This document shows positions 6,006 through 11,179 of a stretch of DNA of 11,179 nucleotides, piece after piece. The DNA is from Bdellovibrionota bacterium FG-2 (GTDB taxonomy: Bacteria; Bdellovibrionota; UBA1018): assembly GCA_051382305.1 (NCBI GenBank), contig JBBCAV010000201.1:1-11179 (forward strand). Reading direction: 5' to 3'. The stretch's first letter is position 1; each line of letters opens with the position of its first letter. The notes under the pieces are model-generated. The model was given only the letters and a program-made list of their open reading frames with translations, was not told where the DNA came from and made no database searches. Both the position numbers and the translations under genes were made by a program.

Positions 6006-7634
6006 TTACTTCAAATTCCCCTTGGGCTTTTTGGCATTAAAAATCAAGGACACCGCCGATTTGAATCCCTTTTCATCTTGCATATAGCGAAGGGAAACCC
6101 CCTCAGCGATTTGCATCCAGACCATTGTTTCAGGCTTCATTCGCGAATCCACAAACCAATTAACGCCGGTGCAATCGGACTCAGGAATCCAATGTTTAAG
6201 ATTATGTTTCGATTGTTTGAGACCAAAACAATCCAGTTTCCCATTTCCTAAAAAATCAAACGTGCACTTCTCGCCAGATAAGCATAGGCCCTTTTCTTTG
6301 GGAGCGCGCCCAGCCATGCCGTCACTCCACTCGCACACAGCAAGTGTGCCATCCACAAAGGATGCCGCATCCACAGGGGGAAAGGGGTCCATATAAGCAT
6401 CATTGTGAAAGTTATAAAGAATGTTCCAGGCTTCCCGAAAATCCGGGCAAACGCCTTTTTTGTCAAAATCTTCCCGCAACTCAGCGCCCATTGAGGCCAC
6501 AACCCGATTGACTTCAAGCGGAGAATACATTTGTTTAATTCGTGCCAGGTGTTCGAAATCGAGCTGCCCGGGACAACGAACGGGGGGCTGCATGAGATTG
6601 CGAAGGCGGACATATTTAGAGACCGCCATGCGCAAATCACAGGACTTCAGGCACTGTTCTTTGCTTACAACCGATTTGCCAGCCTCGAGAACACTGTCCA
6701 TCCGATGACTTAAAACACCTTCTTTTGCAGAAAACGGGAGTCTCGTATTTTCATCAAAAATGGCGCCCGACAAGTCAGCGCCCGACAAATCAGCCTGACT
6801 CAAATCCACGCCACACAAGCAGGCACCGCGAAGCTTAGCATCGCGAAATTTTGCGCCCTTCGCGGACTTCACTAGAGAAAGATCCGCGCCGATAAGAATA
6901 GCCCCGCTCCAATCCGAATGATCCAGCACGGTATCGCGCAACTTCAAGCCTTCAGCAGCGACATTTCTCGCAGTGACATGGTTCAAATCATGACCACCAA
7001 AATTTACGTCGCTTAAAGTGGCGTAATCGAGTTTTCCCCCCTTGAAAAATTTAAACGGAGAGTTTCTACGATCATTAACTTCTTGCAGGCCTTTTTTCTG
7101 CACATCCTCCCACTCCTTCTGAGCCAGCGCCTCCCTTTGTGCCATCAGTTTTTCGCGCCGTTCAATGCGCTGCGAATGATAAAGTGTCTCTTCACTCTCC
7201 GGGTCGTGGGGCAGACGATCAAAACCCGGAGGAGAGTTTCGCCCACGCATTCTTGTCTCATCGACCATCGGATCGCCTTCAAACGGCAGTTCAAAATCCA
7301 TGACCATGCGGGAGGCATTGCGCAGTCGTTTACCGCCGTAGATATCCTGACGTCCTGGGATCGAGTAAGGATCCTCATTTTGAAAAGGGAGAGTGAGAGA
7401 CAAAAGCCATTCGAGCATCAAGGGCGCGGGTTCTTTAGAAAAATCCTTTGCATGCAAGTCTCTTCCCCGCAAATTTAACGGCAAATTTCCAAAGACATCC
7501 TTCTCAAGATAATCCCGCTGACTCTCTTCATTCGTTTGATTGAGATCACTGCCTTGTGTATGCAAAAGCACCGCGCAATTCACCACTCCCCATACAGCGA
7601 TTAAAATCGGAGAAAAAGAAATTCGCATCTTCAT
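6006..7634 (-). CDS. Secreted or membrane-anchored pentapeptide-repeat protein with a Cys-rich C-terminal domain (542 aa)
   Basis: Start at MKMRISFSPILIAVWGVVNCAVLL after a G-rich RBS. Central A(D/N)LXX repeats (GAILIGADLS..GAKFRDAKLRGACLCGVDLSQADLSGADLSGAIFD) at about 6750-7030, preceded by a coiled-coil-like stretch. Confidence 0.85.
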   Translation of the reverse strand: MKMRISFSPILIAVWGVVNCAVLLHTQGSDLNQTNEESQRDYLEKDVFGNLPLNLRGRDLHAKDFSKEPAPLMLEWLLSLTLPFQNEDPYSIPGRQDIYGGKRLRNASRMVMDFELPFEGDPMVDETRMRGRNSPPGFDRLPHDPESEETLYHSQRIERREKLMAQREALAQKEWEDVQKKGLQEVNDRRNSPFKFFKGGKLDYATLSDVNFGGHDLNHVTARNVAAEGLKLRDTVLDHSDWSGAILIGADLSLVKSAKGAKFRDAKLRGACLCGVDLSQADLSGADLSGAIFDENTRLPFSAKEGVLSHRMDSVLEAGKSVVSKEQCLKSCDLRMAVSKYVRLRNLMQPPVRCPGQLDFEHLARIKQMYSPLEVNRVVASMGAELREDFDKKGVCPDFREAWNILYNFHNDAYMDPFPPVDAASFVDGTLAVCEWSDGMAGRAPKEKGLCLSGEKCTFDFLGNGKLDCFGLKQSKHNLKHWIPESDCTGVNWFVDSRMKPETMVWMQIAEGVSLRYMQDEKGFKSAVSLIFNAKKPKGNLK

Positions 7635-7709
7635 TGTGCCCCCCTGCACCTTGTCTCCTTCAAGAGTATCTCGAACCGATTGATAATGCATCTGCCAGGA
7701 AATTGACGC

Positions 7710-9704
7710 TCAAAACGAAACTTTCACACTTCTCAGATCAATCAACTGACGAGGCGCCGCCAATATCCCGGGGATCCCAGGCAGGCCCAGCACGCCAGGG
7801 ACAGCAGGTACAGAGGCAGAAGCAATCCTTACAACGCGGCCCCGATCCGTTTGGAAGATTTGAGTCAGCGAACCGAGCTCAATAACGACGGACTCCCGCT
7901 TGCCCACCCCGTTATCAGGCATGACATCGTATAAAACTCTCAAAGGCGCGGTGGAATCCCGCACAAACAACACGACACTCTCCGAAGTCGCCTCGAAAAT
8001 CTGAGCATTCGTAGTCACAAAGTTTCGTAAAGTGCCCAATACCACGGCCGAGTAATTAGGACTCGGAACAAAGCTTAGGTAAAAGACCCGATGCTCCGGT
8101 CCAAATTCATAGGTCATGCGCTCCGCGGTTTGCCCCCGCAGGGCATCGCTGGGCAGAGGGAGAGTGATCAAATTCACGGGCGAAAAAACGGGCGCCGAGT
8201 AGTCACTTGCTATCGGACCGCCCAGTAAATTGCCCGGGCCCGTGACTTTCCGCAACCGAAGATCCGCAAATTGTCGAAACAAAGAGGTGTTCCGATGAAT
8301 CTCTGCGATATTGTCAGTGACCAAATAAGCATCGTTGCGAACCTCTCCCCGAACCTCGCCAAAAATACCCGCGCGCAACGCGGCCTCAAGATTCTCTCGC
8401 TCGACGTTCAACACCTGATCACTGCTCACGAGCACGCCGATCGTGCCATGACTGATCACGGCGATCGCCGCCGTCACCAAAGCGATCAAGACGATCAAGG
8501 AGTAACGAAGCATCGGATAAGAATGGATTCTCGCCATACTCATCAGTCTCCAACACCCAAGCGCCGCAAGCGTAATGGCTCCGAAAAAAGAAAGCAGCAC
8601 AGGGAGATAACTATAACCCCAGCCGATCCACGTGGAGGCCTGGTATTTAGGAGAAAATACGATGAGTGCAACGGGCAAAAACACAAACAGAAGTCCCAAC
8701 ACGAGAATCCCCAATGGATTGATTGACCGTCTAGAATCTCGCACAGAGTGTACGACATAGCCCACGACCGCCGCCTCCGATATAAAAAGGCCGACGTCGA
8801 GCCAGCCCAGTTGATTCCAAAGCAGCCTAAAAAACTCATTGAGCGGAAAGTGAAAATCTTCGCGCACCCCCGCGAGACTCACAAAACTTAAGGGAACGAC
8901 CGCACTCACATGCCGAAGCATTGAGACAAACACTCTGTTGATATCAAACAGCGGAATGTACGCCCCATTGTTTCCCACCCAGTGAAGCCCACCCGCAAGT
9001 CGCAAGAGAAGAACCGTACTCGCCGCAACCAGCGTCGCGCAGAAAAAAGGCATTCCGGCCCACAACAGTTCGCGTACTTTGATCCCCTCCCCGGTCTGTT
9101 TTCGGTGAATCACCCAAAGGGCCATGGGCATCAGAAAAAAAGTGTAGGTCATTTCGTAAGAAAACAAACCGATAACAGCCAGGGATAAACTAAGAAGCCA
9201 AAGCCTTCGGGAATTGCGTTGCAAGTAGTCCCAATAAAAACACAAAGACAGTGCCGTCAGCAGAAGGACCCCTTGCATCAACCAGTGGTAGCCAAGAATA
9301 GGATCGGGCCCAATTCGAATTTGAAAAAAACACGGGGCCAGAACCAAAAACAGCAACGCCAATCTGAGCGATCCCGAAACCCGACGAACTAAGCTTGCAA
9401 ACACTGCGATATCTAGAACGATCAACAAAATCGACCCGAGCTTGTACGCGAAACGCCCCAGAAAATACATCGGCACCGTGGCCGAGACTGCGGACAAGGG
9501 GAGAAAACGCCCCTGCCCAGCAAACAGCGCCCGAATCCCGACCGCCATGATCCCCAAAAGCCCGGTGTTGTGCTCCCGCATCGCACCCCGGACGGTTGAA
9601 AGGATGTGATCATCAAAAGAATAACCGCTGTCCGTGATGGGCCAAAGAACCACAAGCGCATTGAAAAGCGCAAGAATTGCGATGAGCCAGAATCTACGCC
9701 TCAT
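7710..9704 (-). CDS. Polytopic membrane protein, probable GT-C-fold glycosyltransferase (664 aa)
   Basis: About 11-13 hydrophobic segments. There is an acidic pair in the first external loop after TM1 (GYSFDDH), followed by GRFLPL, an FSYE motif and a soluble C-terminal domain. The CDS call is secure; the function is inferred. Confidence 0.7.
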   Translation of the reverse strand: MRRRFWLIAILALFNALVVLWPITDSGYSFDDHILSTVRGAMREHNTGLLGIMAVGIRALFAGQGRFLPLSAVSATVPMYFLGRFAYKLGSILLIVLDIAVFASLVRRVSGSLRLALLFLVLAPCFFQIRIGPDPILGYHWLMQGVLLLTALSLCFYWDYLQRNSRRLWLLSLSLAVIGLFSYEMTYTFFLMPMALWVIHRKQTGEGIKVRELLWAGMPFFCATLVAASTVLLLRLAGGLHWVGNNGAYIPLFDINRVFVSMLRHVSAVVPLSFVSLAGVREDFHFPLNEFFRLLWNQLGWLDVGLFISEAAVVGYVVHSVRDSRRSINPLGILVLGLLFVFLPVALIVFSPKYQASTWIGWGYSYLPVLLSFFGAITLAALGCWRLMSMARIHSYPMLRYSLIVLIALVTAAIAVISHGTIGVLVSSDQVLNVERENLEAALRAGIFGEVRGEVRNDAYLVTDNIAEIHRNTSLFRQFADLRLRKVTGPGNLLGGPIASDYSAPVFSPVNLITLPLPSDALRGQTAERMTYEFGPEHRVFYLSFVPSPNYSAVVLGTLRNFVTTNAQIFEATSESVVLFVRDSTAPLRVLYDVMPDNGVGKRESVVIELGSLTQIFQTDRGRVVRIASASVPAVPGVLGLPGIPGILAAPRQLIDLRSVKVSF

Positions 9705-9727
9705 GCGCTTAGGCCCGAACCGTAGTG

Positions 9728-10936
9728 CTAAAAACAGGCGCTTGCGGCGTCAGCAGTCAGCGCCGTCGTGAACTGCACTTCATGCAAAGCACTGAGCGGA
9801 ATAAGTTTGAAAATGAATGCCGCATCCAGCGGCAAAGAGCCTCCAAACGCCGTCGCGCACTCCGAAAGCGGGACAAATTTAGCAAGAGCGACTTTTGCGC
9901 CCAACTTTACACAGCGTTGGCTTAGGGGACTGTCCTTCTTCGCCGCAATGTCGGCGGCGGTCAAGGGAACCGTCGCGGGATCCCAACTCTGTGCATAGAT
10001 ATGAGTACCCGCATCGTTTGATTTAATGCGGTTGATGTATTTATTTGCCCCCTGGTCTCTCACCTGAATCGTTTCAAAAGAAGAACCACTCAGAGTGCCT
10101 GCGTAACCCGACAGACTTGGTCCGTCCGCCCCATAGCTACTCAGCGTGGACCCCATTCCGAAGTACATCACAAAGTTATTAGTCACGTCTTTGATGCCCG
10201 CATTAAGCATTGTAGAGTCAATACTTACAAAATATTTCCCTTTGGCTGGATCGTTACTCACGAACCCCCACCACATTGAGCCGCCCTGGGTGCTGTCCTT
10301 TGAAAACCCGTTGATAATGGGGCTTTGTGGAACGCCCCAGCTTGCGTACCAAGGGATCGCCGTCGAAATATCTACTGCTTTTCCAGCGGACGCCTTACAG
10401 GTATCGAAATTGGCAACATTAGAAACTTTGGAATCAAAAGCACAAGGATCAAAACCAAAGTTCACATACTTGGCTTCCATCGAACTCAATGTGGCACAAG
10501 CCGTAGGGTCAGAAATCATCGTGGGTTTGTTATACTTGGTGCCCGCCGAATTGCAGGAAGGACAATCAAAGCAAGTCCCGGCGGCAATTCCGGCAGCCGT
10601 GCACTCCCCGTTGTAATCCATGGCCCAGACCTTCGAAAAAATTTCACCCGAGAAACTGTCGGTGGTGCTCACCATGAGACATTCATCACCACTTGCGCAA
10701 CCGTCTGCGAGATAAGTGCTCTGATTCTCAGTCACCAGATCCATGACGGAAGTGTCAATAAAGGCTGCAGTACCCCCTGTTTTAAATCCGCTCGGCACCG
10801 CATCGCTCGTGAGTTTCGCAAAATCCGCGTAGGCAGCCCCCGGATGCTCATCCCCGCTTGATTTTCGCCCGCACGAAACAGAGGCGAGAACGCTACAAGA
10901 TAGAACCAAAACAATCCCCAAACGAACAGCTGTCAT
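9728..10936 (-). CDS. Cys-rich hypothetical lipoprotein (402 aa)
   Basis: ATG at 10936 preceded by a strong AAGGAGG RBS. Signal MTAVRLGIVLVLSCSVLASVS-C-GRKSS with a lipobox-like Cys22, 12 further Cys, and a Ser/Thr/Ala/Gly-rich composition. Confidence 0.85.
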   Translation of the reverse strand: MTAVRLGIVLVLSCSVLASVSCGRKSSGDEHPGAAYADFAKLTSDAVPSGFKTGGTAAFIDTSVMDLVTENQSTYLADGCASGDECLMVSTTDSFSGEIFSKVWAMDYNGECTAAGIAAGTCFDCPSCNSAGTKYNKPTMISDPTACATLSSMEAKYVNFGFDPCAFDSKVSNVANFDTCKASAGKAVDISTAIPWYASWGVPQSPIINGFSKDSTQGGSMWWGFVSNDPAKGKYFVSIDSTMLNAGIKDVTNNFVMYFGMGSTLSSYGADGPSLSGYAGTLSGSSFETIQVRDQGANKYINRIKSNDAGTHIYAQSWDPATVPLTAADIAAKKDSPLSQRCVKLGAKVALAKFVPLSECATAFGGSLPLDAAFIFKLIPLSALHEVQFTTALTADAASACF

Positions 10937-11179
10937 ACTAAGCCCTCCTTGACTGTAAGTATTCGATCGCTTGATTATTTCAGAGCGGGCTCGTTCTAGC
11001 AACAAAATAGAAACGGCTATCTTCTGGCCACTTCTTGTTCCGTAGACACCCTGAACGTAAGCATTCAGTAAACCCGCGTTAGGTTTTTCTGATGATTCCG
11101 AAATAAGAGCTGGACACACCAAAGAGTCCGCGATAATGTTTCTGTAGCGCATGTGCTACTCATCCTCGCCGAGCAATCA

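Noticed and set aside
10146-10861. Long antisense ORFs over the lipoprotein (also 8271..8726, 3263..3751, 7083..7478)
   Set aside because: Shadow frames of well-supported genes, with no RBS or motif support.
9728-10936. Multiheme cytochrome c or ferredoxin
   Set aside because: No CxxCH motifs, and the CxxCxxC lacks the following xxxCP of bacterial ferredoxins.
1-11179. CRISPR array, tRNA or rRNA
   Set aside because: No regularly spaced direct repeats, cloverleaf or rRNA-like sequence was seen by eye.

Overview
Bacterial genomic window. The style of its secreted and lipoprotein genes suggests Bdellovibrionota/Oligoflexia or another deltaproteobacterium-like lineage, but that is inference only. 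Left: a truncated metallo-beta-lactamase-fold gene diverging from an intact methionine aminopeptidase gene (map). Centre: a nested mobile element. An IS3-family insertion sequence (about 1357-4724, imperfect terminal inverted repeats, orfA/orfB joined by a -1 frameshift) carries a complete 1877-nt RmInt1-like group II intron (2105-3981) encoding an endonuclease-less RT/maturase. The intron sits two codons after the first catalytic Asp of the DDE transposase. Removing it restores W-S-T-D-I-T-Y exactly, and its EBS1/EBS2 loops are complementary to the transposase exon. The IS looks decayed: orfA has a nonsense codon, there is no target duplication, and the neighbouring ORF appears truncated. Right: four minus-strand envelope/secreted genes, namely a Cys-rich lipoprotein, a GT-C-like polytopic membrane protein, a secreted pentapeptide-repeat protein and a probable outer-membrane beta-barrel protein with a near-consensus sigma54 promoter.
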